Shown here one piece after another: positions 37,586 through 45,367 of a stretch of DNA of 54,126 bases. Source of the DNA: Candidatus Angelobacter sp. (GTDB taxonomy: Bacteria; Acidobacteriota; Terriglobia; Terriglobales; Acidobacteriaceae); assembly GCA_035762225.1 (NCBI GenBank), contig DASTPO010000446.1, positions 1 through 54,126 of the forward strand. Reading direction: 5' to 3'. Under the pieces are notes generated by a model. The model was given only the letters and a program-made list of their open reading frames with translations. It had not been told where the DNA came from and did not search any database. A program made the translations under genes and the position numbers. How positions within the stretch are numbered: the first letter of the stretch is position 1; each line of letters begins with the position of its first letter.

Positions 37586-38350
37586 GTGAATAAGTCAGGA
37601 ATCATTCTGGCCTTGATCCCGCCGGTCATGCAGACCTTACTGGCCGGAGTGTTGTTGTTGCGGCGAGTGTTCCGTAAATTCCCATTCTTCCTGGCGTACA
37701 CCTTTTTTGCAGTATGTGCAGAAGTTTGCAAACTGGCTTTGCTGCTGCGCCACAGCAATGGTGTGAAATATTTTTATCTCTATTGGTGCGCTGAAGCTAT
37801 CTACGCCCTGCTGGGCTTTCTAGCCATTTATGAAGTCTTCCGCCATATTTTCCAGAACTTCAACAGTTTGCGCTGGTTCAGATGGCTGCTGCCTGGTGTG
37901 GGCGTGATGATGGTTGCAGTGTCAACCCTCATGGCTGTGGTTCATGTGGCGGTGGATACGGAGCCCTTGCTGGTGGTGATCTTTTCGCTGCAAATTGCAG
38001 TGCGATGTCTGCAGCTGGGTGTTTTCTTTCTCATCTTCGTGCTCGCGCGCTTTTTTGACCTGGACTATCGCCAATACGACTTTGGCATCGCCGCGGGATT
38101 TGGCATTGCCGCCGCCGGAATTCTCCTGGGTACCTTGGTACGCACCGGCCTGGGATTAAAATTCATAATCTTCTTTCAATACATTCCCACTGTGGCATAC
38201 TGTGTTGCAGTGACGGTATGGCTGGCTTCCTTTGTTCGGCCTGAGCCAGATGATCCTTTCCGTGACTTCCGGCACTTGTTTACACCCGAAATATTCCTGG
38301 AACAGTTGCAGAGGTATAGACAAGAAGTAAAGGGCATCTTTAGGCCATGA
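37586..38350 (+). CDS. Polytopic (about 7 TM) membrane protein, function unknown
   Basis: 254 aa, hydrophobic throughout, with no recognisable motif. GC is lower than in the flanks, judged by eye. Confidence 0.6.
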   Translation: MNKSGIILALIPPVMQTLLAGVLLLRRVFRKFPFFLAYTFFAVCAEVCKLALLLRHSNGVKYFYLYWCAEAIYALLGFLAIYEVFRHIFQNFNSLRWFRWLLPGVGVMMVAVSTLMAVVHVAVDTEPLLVVIFSLQIAVRCLQLGVFFLIFVLARFFDLDYRQYDFGIAAGFGIAAAGILLGTLVRTGLGLKFIIFFQYIPTVAYCVAVTVWLASFVRPEPDDPFRDFRHLFTPEIFLEQLQRYRQEVKGIFRP

Positions 38351-38970
38351 GTTTCTACTTTTTGCTGCTCGTGTTTCTTGCAGTTCTAGGCGCCTCCGCG
38401 CTGTATCTATTCTTCGGACGGCTCTCGCGATTTCCCTGCCGTACCATCCGTGACGTTCCCGCATTCCTTCAGCCAGTGGATTCAGCCAATGTTTTCCAGC
38501 TCCTGAACCCTCAAACCGAGGACTATCTGCGTTCGGCCATGACCGGCCTGGCCCTGCGCCTGGAGCAGCGCCGGAGCCTGCACTTTGTTCGCGAACACCT
38601 CAATCGCATGTCCCATAACGCGCATATCCTGCTGGAATGGTCCAATGCCGAATTGCAAAGGGAGATTATCGGGCAGAGCGAGGAATACAGCGAGTGCTAT
38701 CGCGATTGCGCGCGCCGGCTTCACAGCGCAGCCATTGAGTTCCGTATCTATGCCGTGCTGTCGTTGATCAAGATCAAATTCTGGATGGTTTTCCGCACCC
38801 AACCGTGGATGCCGTTTGCGGCTCCCAGCCTGGCCGAACTCGGCGAGGTATGCGGCATGAGGTTCTTCACGCTGTACTCCAACTTGACGCGTGCCGTAAC
38901 CGATCTTGGCCGCCACTACGGCAGTGAATTTCGCGATGAACTGCTCAAGGCCTGGGCGCCCGCGGCCTGA
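38347..38970 (+). CDS. Hypothetical protein with an N-terminal TM anchor
   Basis: ATGA overlap with the preceding gene. TM MSFYFLLLVFLAVLGASALYLFF, then a helical soluble domain. No recognisable motif. Confidence 0.55.
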   Translation: MSFYFLLLVFLAVLGASALYLFFGRLSRFPCRTIRDVPAFLQPVDSANVFQLLNPQTEDYLRSAMTGLALRLEQRRSLHFVREHLNRMSHNAHILLEWSNAELQREIIGQSEEYSECYRDCARRLHSAAIEFRIYAVLSLIKIKFWMVFRTQPWMPFAAPSLAELGEVCGMRFFTLYSNLTRAVTDLGRHYGSEFRDELLKAWAPAA

Positions 38971-38996
38971 TCTTCTTTTCAGAAGCCTTTCTTTTT

Positions 38997-39371
38997 TCAG
39001 AAACCTTTCAACAAATTCTTCAGCGAAGCAAGCAGGGCCTGGGGATCGTGATCTGAGACCACGATGTCCACGCCTGCCGGCACCGTATGGCCGATGATCT
39101 TTCCCCGCACCACCAGAATCACGCACAGACTATTGCGGATCATCTTGAGTGACTGGGCCACAGACCAGCCTTCAGTCTGGATGAAATGCTCCTGGTCCAG
39201 CACTACGGCATCCACGTGGTTGTTGACGCAGATAGCGACAGCGTGGTCCGGCGTGAACGACAGAGTCAACCGATAGCCCGATGCCTTCAGCACCTTGGCA
39301 GCCTGGCTATGACGGCGGTCGGCCAGCAACAAAATGGTTGCGGACTTAGGTTTCATGGCTCTGCGAATCAC
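38997..39371 (-). CDS. Stand-alone degenerate (pseudo-receiver-like) CheY-fold protein, last gene of the kai operon
   Basis: Spacing fits a (beta-alpha)5 receiver. Beta1 reads [10 protein letters not shown] and beta3 reads VDAVVLDQE. Beta4 reads CVILVVRGK (no T/S), and no beta5 K-P is seen. A GTG start overlaps the kaiB stop (GTGA); an alternative ATG lies at 39356. Confidence 0.6.
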   Translation of the reverse strand: MIRRAMKPKSATILLLADRRHSQAAKVLKASGYRLTLSFTPDHAVAICVNNHVDAVVLDQEHFIQTEGWSVAQSLKMIRNSLCVILVVRGKIIGHTVPAGVDIVVSDHDPQALLASLKNLLKGF

Positions 39372-39739
39372 CGCCAGCTTCCCGTGGGGCGGAGATCAAG
39401 GCCCACCAGCACTCGCTCTGTGTTGGACAAATCGCCAATGATCTTTTTCACCGGTGTTGGCAGGCGCCGGACCAGGGTTGGTACAGCGACAATCTGGTCG
39501 CCACGGGCCAGAGTGGGCCTCTCCAGAAGATCGACTACCTGAATCTTGTAGACGCCATGTAAGTGCTCCTCGCAAAGGTTCTTGAGGTTTTCAAAAGCTC
39601 GGATCGAAGTCGGCGTCATGCCGGCGACGTAGAGCCGCAGTTCCCACAACGGAGGCTTAAACGGGCGGACCTTTTGTCCGTTCCTTCCCGCGGCTTTCGC
39701 CAAGCGACCCGATTTTCCTGAGTCCTTTCTAGTTGCCAT
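39368..39739 (-). CDS. kaiB: Circadian clock protein KaiB homologue
   Basis: [83 protein letters not shown] aligns along its whole length with cyanobacterial KaiB. The ATG at 39739 (TTG at 39748 in the track) overlaps the kaiC 3' end. Confidence 0.9.
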   Translation of the reverse strand: MATRKDSGKSGRLAKAAGRNGQKVRPFKPPLWELRLYVAGMTPTSIRAFENLKNLCEEHLHGVYKIQVVDLLERPTLARGDQIVAVPTLVRRLPTPVKKIIGDLSNTERVLVGLDLRPTGSWR

Positions 39740-41180
39740 GGATGTCAATTCCTTTGTTGCTCAAAGTAAAGGTGTGCATGCGGGTATCGTGCGACATACC
39801 TCGCGATTTCAAGAGATTCAGTGTTCTTACGCGTTCCGCTTCACCGTGGGGCACATCGCGCAACACCACCCAGCTGTCCATCAACGAGGAAATGCCCACG
39901 GCAGTTTCTTCAATCTCCAGGCCAAAAACCAGGTTGGTAAACATGGCGGTGATGTGTTTTAGCTTGAGGAAGTCAATCAGGCGGGTGAGCATCGCCTTCA
40001 CTGAGTTCAATTCCCCGGCGGATACAAGGTTGGTGATGGGGTCCACAATGACCACGCTGGGCCTGAAATCCTGAATCTCGTGATACATCACCGCCAGGTG
40101 GGATTCAAGTCCCGCGGCCGTGGGGCGAGTGGCATGGATCTTGAGCAGGCCCTTCTTGATCCATCTTTCCAGATTGATTCCCACTGAACTCATGTTGCGC
40201 AGGATCTGGCTGGGCGATTCCTCGTAAGCGAAATAAAGCGCGCGTTCGCCGCGAGAACACGCGGCGCTGGCAAAAGCCGCGGCGAAACTGGATTTGCCTG
40301 TTCCCGCCGTGCCGGTGATCAGGATGCTGCTGCCACGGAAAAACCCCTTCGCTCCCAGCATGGTATCCAGGCTCGGCACACCAGAGGGGAGTCGCTCAGT
40401 GGAAGCGGTATGGGTCAGTCCCATTGAGGTGATGGGGACAACCGAGATGCCTTCATTGTCGATCAGAAATGGATACTCGTTGGTGCCGTGCGAAGAGCCG
40501 CGATACTTCACCACACGCAGGCGCCGGGTGGAAATCTGTTCGTTGACGCGATGGTCAAGCACCAGAACGCAGTCAGCCACATACTCTTCCAGCCCGTAGC
40601 GCGTGAGGGCTTTGTCCCCCATCTCGGCCGTGACCACAGCGGTGACGCCGGCATCTTTCAGCCAGTGAAACAGCCGGCGCAGCTCGGCGCGAACGATGCC
40701 CTCATTCTTCAGCCCGAGAAAAAGAAGCTCAATGGTATCCAGCAGGACCCGTTTGGCCTTCACCTGGTCAATGGCCGCGCGCAGCCGGATAAAGAGCCCT
40801 TCCAGATCGTACTCGCCGGTTTCCTCAATCTGTTTGCGCTCGATGTGAACGTAATCAATCGCGATACGCTTGGCTTTGATCAGCGCGGGCAAGTCGTAAC
40901 CCAGCGAAGCCATGTTGGTTACCAGCTCTTCAGCGGTTTCTTCCAGCGCCAGGCAGACGCCGGGCTCGTTATACAAGAGTGCTCCGCGCACCAGGAATTC
41001 AAGGCCCAGCAGCGTCTTTCCTGCGCCGGGGCCGCCACAAACCAGAGCGGTGCGTCCCTTGGGAAAGCCGCCATGAGTAACCTGGTCAAGGCCGCGAATG
41101 CCGGTGGGAACTTTCTCCAGAGCCAGGTTGGCGCTCTCTGGAGGAGATGGTTTCTTCTTAAGGTTGGTACGTGCAGCCAT
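39729..41180 (-). CDS. kaiC: KaiC homologue (double RecA-like ATPase domains)
   Basis: CI: [30 protein letters not shown] plus LEETAEE. CII: [23 protein letters not shown] plus YEESPSQ. It is 483 aa and ends ...[11 protein letters not shown]. Confidence 0.92.
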   Translation of the reverse strand: MAARTNLKKKPSPPESANLALEKVPTGIRGLDQVTHGGFPKGRTALVCGGPGAGKTLLGLEFLVRGALLYNEPGVCLALEETAEELVTNMASLGYDLPALIKAKRIAIDYVHIERKQIEETGEYDLEGLFIRLRAAIDQVKAKRVLLDTIELLFLGLKNEGIVRAELRRLFHWLKDAGVTAVVTAEMGDKALTRYGLEEYVADCVLVLDHRVNEQISTRRLRVVKYRGSSHGTNEYPFLIDNEGISVVPITSMGLTHTASTERLPSGVPSLDTMLGAKGFFRGSSILITGTAGTGKSSFAAAFASAACSRGERALYFAYEESPSQILRNMSSVGINLERWIKKGLLKIHATRPTAAGLESHLAVMYHEIQDFRPSVVIVDPITNLVSAGELNSVKAMLTRLIDFLKLKHITAMFTNLVFGLEIEETAVGISSLMDSWVVLRDVPHGEAERVRTLNLLKSRGMSHDTRMHTFTLSNKGIDIHGN

Positions 41181-41228
41181 AAATTTTGTTTTGCTCGCAA
41201 AAAAGATTTTTACAGACCGGGGAAATGC

Positions 41229-41672
41229 CTAACCATTATTGCCATCGCTGGCCGGCCCATTCCCATCCGAAGACTGCCGGCGTCCATCGACATGGGGATG
41301 TCCGTCGCGGAGTTTATGACCGTCGTGGTCCAGGACCCGCGTCAGCGCTTCCAGCAAAAGATGAGGATCGCCGAGCGGCCCAAGCTGCTCGTCGACCATC
41401 CCCGGGGCGAACTGTGTGCCTCCGGGATTGTTCAGGACCACGATCGGAACCGAACGCTCGAGGTTTTTGAGAGCGTGAGCCAGTTCGATCCGTTGTTTCG
41501 GGAGCATCGAGTCTCCAAACACTACAGCGTCGACCGGAAAGCTGGCGACGATGTGCATGGCCTCTTCCGGCCCGTCGACGGATATCACACGATAACCGGC
41601 GCGTTCCAGAATCAGGTTCCGCGTGACATGCGCGGGCGAAGGTTTGCTTACACAAAGGACAGTCCTTCCCAT
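41229..41672 (-). CDS. Stand-alone degenerate (pseudo-receiver-like) CheY-fold protein, first gene of the kai operon
   Basis: The ATG at 41672 (MGRTVLCVSKPS...) is preceded by GGAGAA. Beta1 lacks the DD pair, beta3 reads VDAVVFGDSMLP, and beta4 reads VPIVVLNNP (no T/S). The C-terminal tail is disordered and His/Gly/Asp-rich. Confidence 0.6.
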   Translation of the reverse strand: MGRTVLCVSKPSPAHVTRNLILERAGYRVISVDGPEEAMHIVASFPVDAVVFGDSMLPKQRIELAHALKNLERSVPIVVLNNPGGTQFAPGMVDEQLGPLGDPHLLLEALTRVLDHDGHKLRDGHPHVDGRRQSSDGNGPASDGNNG

Positions 41673-41690
41673 TGAGTTGCTTGTATTCTC

Positions 41691-41704
41691 CAAATTTAAA
41701 TTTG
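41691..41704. promoter_or_regulatory. Perfect 14-bp palindrome CAAATTTAAATTTG just upstream of the kai operon
   Basis: Self-complementary AT-only core in a GC-rich context, about 20 nt upstream of the preferred start of the first operon gene. Confidence 0.25.
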
Positions 41705-42006
41705 TTCGAGGGTGCTCGACTTGCTACCGCAGACACAAGCGGTTTTTCACCTGTCCTCGAACGAGCGCGATTACCGGACGCTTCGACAACTGCTGCAAGG
41801 GCCGCAACAGCCTAACCCTGGTGTTAAGCCAGTTCTTTTCAACGCTACCTAGGATGCAGCTTCACGCGATTTTGGATGCTTTTTTATGATCTAAAACAGA
41901 CGGTAACTGGTTGATTAAACATGCGCGACTCGCGGGCGTGAGCCGCTTCATTTTTTTAAAGCATCGGCAGCCGGAGAGGTGCTGCGTGCTTTTAAAAGGG
42001 CCTGAC

Positions 42007-42579
42007 TTATTGGGTGTCGTTGTGCTCCCAGGCGCGGACGTACACCAGGGCAAACTCAGAGCCTTTGCCGCTCGGCCGGATCGCCATGACGCGCTGGTTG
42101 TTTTCTGTGCCGACTTTCAACTCCTCTTTATACTCATGGCCCGCGGATTCATGGCCATTGCATGACACTTCAGCATCGTTATCGTGGTGATGGAAATTCA
42201 TGTTGAATCCGCCGGTGCAGTCGATCACATTGCCATATTTCCCCATCTCCTTACGATAGAAATTCATGATTTTGTCGGGGGCGTCATCGCTCTCAAACTT
42301 CAGCGCAACCACCTTGAGGCCGAACAGGGAGCTGGAGATATTTACGTTGGCACTATGCTCGTTGTCGCGAGTGTCTTTTTGCGATCGCGCGCCCGGATAC
42401 AAGGACAAGCCCGTATCCTTCACGTCAGAGTGGCCCTCGCGCACACTCAGGGAGCCGAACGGTGTCTTGATATCGACATCATCCTTCTTGCCATTTTCCT
42501 TATCGTGATGGATCGAGCAGCCTGCGGTGGCCAGGCAAAGCGCGGTCGCAAAGATCAGATTGAGCGAAGGCTTATTCAT
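42007..42579 (-). CDS. Lipoprotein, function unknown
   Basis: Starts at Met16 of the listed ORF: MNKPSLNLIFATALCLATAGCS (lipobox LATAGC). His/Asp-rich mature protein. Confidence 0.6.
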   Translation of the reverse strand: MNKPSLNLIFATALCLATAGCSIHHDKENGKKDDVDIKTPFGSLSVREGHSDVKDTGLSLYPGARSQKDTRDNEHSANVNISSSLFGLKVVALKFESDDAPDKIMNFYRKEMGKYGNVIDCTGGFNMNFHHHDNDAEVSCNGHESAGHEYKEELKVGTENNQRVMAIRPSGKGSEFALVYVRAWEHNDTQ

Positions 42580-42736
42580 GGACTCCTCCCGGATTGACGG
42601 CAAAGGGGATTGTGCCCCTGGCAAATAGTACGCCGGCCATCACAGAAAAGTTCCCTTGGTTACGCCGATTTTCCGGAGGCTTTGACTTTCTAGTGCCGCG
42701 GTAACCGGCGGGTCCTGGCGGCGTCTGCTGGTGAAG

Positions 42737-43321
42737 TCATACGATGGGCTCATAGTAGCGCTCACCGGCGCAGGCGCGGCACAGCACCTTGGATCCGACG
42801 CGAACCTCGCGCTTGAAGTTAATGCCTTCTCCGCAATGCGCGCAGACAATCCGCTCTCCCTTGAATCCGGGAAACTCCTCCGGCGGGAGCTCCACATGGA
42901 CCCACTGCGTCTGGAAGAGCTGCTCGTCGGCGATTTCGCGGTAAGCAAGCATCTGCTGCTGGTTCTTGTTCTCAATTTCAGGATGCAGGCTCTTAGCCAG
43001 GGCCTTGGATGATTCGCGGGCGGCAATCCGCACGGCTTTGCCGGTTTCGACGTCGACAAAAGTAGCTGCGACCTTGCCCCAGTCGCGAAACTTGAGAGCG
43101 CGCTTGCCCAGGCGGCAGCCGGTGACCACCATTACGGCGTCGGTAGCGCAGCGGTCAATTTCAACAAACGTGACGATGCGCTTGCGATCCTTGCCCTGGG
43201 GGTCTTCCAGACCAAGTTTTTTCAGGCCCAGCATCGCCATGCGCACGCCCAGCACCTGGCCGGCGCAAAGATGGCCATGAGCCACGGCAGCGTCATCAAG
43301 ATATTGTTCAAGAGTCTTCAT
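42737..43321 (-). CDS. FmdE-domain protein with a C-terminal zinc ribbon
   Basis: HGHLCAGQVLGVRMA and EIDRCATDAVMVVTGCRLGKR are typical FmdE-family motifs. C-terminal CAHCGE...CRAC. Confidence 0.72.
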   Translation of the reverse strand: MKTLEQYLDDAAVAHGHLCAGQVLGVRMAMLGLKKLGLEDPQGKDRKRIVTFVEIDRCATDAVMVVTGCRLGKRALKFRDWGKVAATFVDVETGKAVRIAARESSKALAKSLHPEIENKNQQQMLAYREIADEQLFQTQWVHVELPPEEFPGFKGERIVCAHCGEGINFKREVRVGSKVLCRACAGERYYEPIV

Positions 43322-43965
43322 TGCGGGCCCTCTTCTTCAGGAGAATCAGGTTGCGGATCAGCGCTATGGGCGTGGATTACGAAGCTGTTTTTTTCTCCGC
43401 CCGCGAGAAAGGTCACGCGGCTGGGAGTCCTGTCCCATTTGGGAGCCGGGCAGAGCGGACCAGAATATTCTTTGCGGAGGACCGGCTTGCGGCTACCCAT
43501 CTGCGCTACCACCATGTAGCTCTTCGAGCCATCGTCCGAAGGGCCGCAGTATGCCGCGTAGTCACGATACCAGCTTACAGCAGACGCCTCGTAATCGAAG
43601 GCAGGAAGGCTGACGAGAGCGATGCGGCCGGTCTGGCGGTCAACGCTGATCCATGCCGAGAACCGCCAGATCCATTGTGGGTCTTTGCTCTCGCCCTGAA
43701 GAGCGTCATTCACGCGCAGAACCCTGCGGATTACAAAAAAGCGGTCAGTGACTTCGTGCATCGAGCCAACAGTATGCTCACGATCTTTGCCGTCGATGAA
43801 AAGATCGCGGACCTTGAACGGTTGCTTCTCCCCGGACTCCATGGTGGCTTCCGCCGCCCGCCAGCGACCCAGCAAAATAACGTGGGGGCGCGGAGCGGCC
43901 AGGCCTGCGCCTGCCAGCAGCAAAACCAGTGAGTGGACGATAGCGATGCGCATATTTTGAGCCAT
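43318..43965 (-). CDS. Secreted hypothetical protein
   Basis: Signal peptide MRIAIVHSLVLLLAGAGLAAP. The stop overlaps the start of the downstream fmdE-like gene by 4 nt (43318-43321). No recognised domain. Confidence 0.55.
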   Translation of the reverse strand: MAQNMRIAIVHSLVLLLAGAGLAAPRPHVILLGRWRAAEATMESGEKQPFKVRDLFIDGKDREHTVGSMHEVTDRFFVIRRVLRVNDALQGESKDPQWIWRFSAWISVDRQTGRIALVSLPAFDYEASAVSWYRDYAAYCGPSDDGSKSYMVVAQMGSRKPVLRKEYSGPLCPAPKWDRTPSRVTFLAGGEKNSFVIHAHSADPQPDSPEEEGPQ

Positions 43966-44164
43966 TATATGGTCTTGTGACGGCCTTCAAGCGGGGGGTA
44001 AACAAGCCGTGCATGGCTGGAGCATTATTAAAAGGCGGTTAAAGCTCTAACCGGCAGGCCGACCGCATAGGCCGTGTTTATAAAGTAACCCCCGAAATAG
44101 GCTTGTGGATGGCCGAAAAACAAGGCGGAACGCTGCAATAACGCAGGTTTGGGGAAATACGTTC

Positions 44165-44193
44165 TTTCAATTGGGGTTATTTTTACGTAAAAT
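44165..44193 (+). promoter_or_regulatory. Sigma70-like promoter candidate for the HD-GYP regulator gene
   Basis: TTTCAA, 17 nt spacer, TAAAAT. It lies inside the 5' part of the listed 44105 ORF, arguing that coding starts further downstream. Confidence 0.3.
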
Positions 44194-44266
44194 CACTACT
44201 CCCCCCTCTTCCACGCGAAGGGTTCAGCCGCATTCCCCCGAAAATCTGACGGCCCACGGGGTTTTT

Positions 44267-45367
44267 GTGCATTTAGACGACGATGATCCACAGCATCGCA
44301 AGGTACGAGAGTTGCTCGATACAACCCTCGCCCCGGCTCTATCCTCTCATCTTTCGATGGCACCCATATCGGAGAGGGCCAGGGAGGAGTATGGACGGCT
44401 CAAGCAGCGCGCTCCGCGGATCCTGGTTGTTGATGACAAGCTGGATACGTTATTGCTGCTGCGCGAGTTGTTGTCTTCCCGGGGCTATGAGATCCTGACC
44501 GCCACTGAGGCGGAAGAGGCAAAGCAGATTGTGCACCAGGAGCGGCCCGAATTGGTCCTGCTCGACGTAGTGATGCCCGGCAAGTCGGGCTACGAGCTTT
44601 GCCGCGAGTTGAAAGAGGATCCCATCACCCGCCTGATTCCGGTTGTGATGATCACCGGGCTATCCGATCGCGACGATCGTGTTCGCGGAATTGAAGCCGG
44701 CGCCGACGATTTCCTCAGTAAGCCGCTGTATCCGGAAGAGCTTTTTGCGCGCGTCAAGTCGCTGCTGAAGCTCAAAGAGTTTACTGACGAACTGGAAAAC
44801 GCCGAAGCCGTGCTGGTCGCATTGGCCCTAGGCATTGAATCGCGCGATCCCTATACAGGAAATCACTGCGAGCGGCTGGCGCGCTACGCCGCCGATCTCG
44901 GCCATCACATTGGACTGGACGGCGAAAGCATCATCGCACTGAAGCGCGGCGGCTATCTCCACGATCTGGGCAAAGTTTCCATTCCCGATGACATCTTAAA
45001 GAAGGGCACCAGGCTCACGGCTGAGGAGTGGGAAATCATGAAGCAACATCCGGAGATCGGTGAAGCGATCTGCCGGCCGTTGAAGTCCTTCCGTAGCGTG
45101 CTGCCCATTATCCGCCATCATCACGAGCATTGGGATGGCAGCGGTTATCCTGATCAGCTTCGGGGTTATGATATCCCGCTGCTGGCGCGCGTCCTCCAGG
45201 TGGTTGATGTGTATGACGCGTTGCGCACCACTCGCCCGTATAAACCTGCGCTCAGCCACGATGAGGCCAAGCGCACCATGCTGGATGAAGCCAACAAAGG
45301 ACTCTGGGACCCCAATCTAGTGCCTGAATTTTTCGCCATGCTCAAGAAAAAGGAACAGGCGGCATGA
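44267..45367 (+). CDS. Response regulator with an HD-GYP phosphodiesterase domain (RpfG-like)
   Basis: REC: ILVVDDKLD, LVLLDVVMPG, VVMITG, LSKP. HD-GYP: GNHCERLA, YLHDLGK, and HHHEHWDGSGYP. The start is uncertain: GTG 44267 has an upstream GGGG, ATG 44357 is an alternative, and the track start 44105 is unlikely. Confidence 0.85.
   Translation: MHLDDDDPQHRKVRELLDTTLAPALSSHLSMAPISERAREEYGRLKQRAPRILVVDDKLDTLLLLRELLSSRGYEILTATEAEEAKQIVHQERPELVLLDVVMPGKSGYELCRELKEDPITRLIPVVMITGLSDRDDRVRGIEAGADDFLSKPLYPEELFARVKSLLKLKEFTDELENAEAVLVALALGIESRDPYTGNHCERLARYAADLGHHIGLDGESIIALKRGGYLHDLGKVSIPDDILKKGTRLTAEEWEIMKQHPEIGEAICRPLKSFRSVLPIIRHHHEHWDGSGYPDQLRGYDIPLLARVLQVVDVYDALRTTRPYKPALSHDEAKRTMLDEANKGLWDPNLVPEFFAMLKKKEQAA

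Noticed and set aside
38997-41693. Looked for kaiA, sasA, cikA or rpaA-like genes around kaiBC.
   Set aside because: None was recognisable. The only neighbours are the two small receiver-like proteins, so no claim of a canonical KaiABC oscillator is made.
42571-42624. Apparent 1-nt frame discrepancy between my hand reading near 42598-42601 and the ORF-track translation of 42007..42624, considered as a possible frameshift or pseudogene.
   Set aside because: It is most likely my own indexing error. The affected stretch lies upstream of the lipoprotein's preferred Met (MNKPS...) and is probably non-coding anyway. I deferred to the track frame for coordinates.
42640-43059. ORF 42640..43059 (-) overlapping the FmdE gene.
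   Set aside because: It is a shadow frame: the Ser/Arg/Pro-rich translation has no motif, and it is largely contained in the well-supported FmdE frame.
44236-44266. CCCCG...CGGGG-TTTTT element in the HD-GYP leader, considered as an attenuator or sRNA terminator.
   Set aside because: It has only a 5-bp stem with a 16-nt loop. The T-run directly precedes a plausible GTG start (44267) and may simply be the RBS-to-start spacer.
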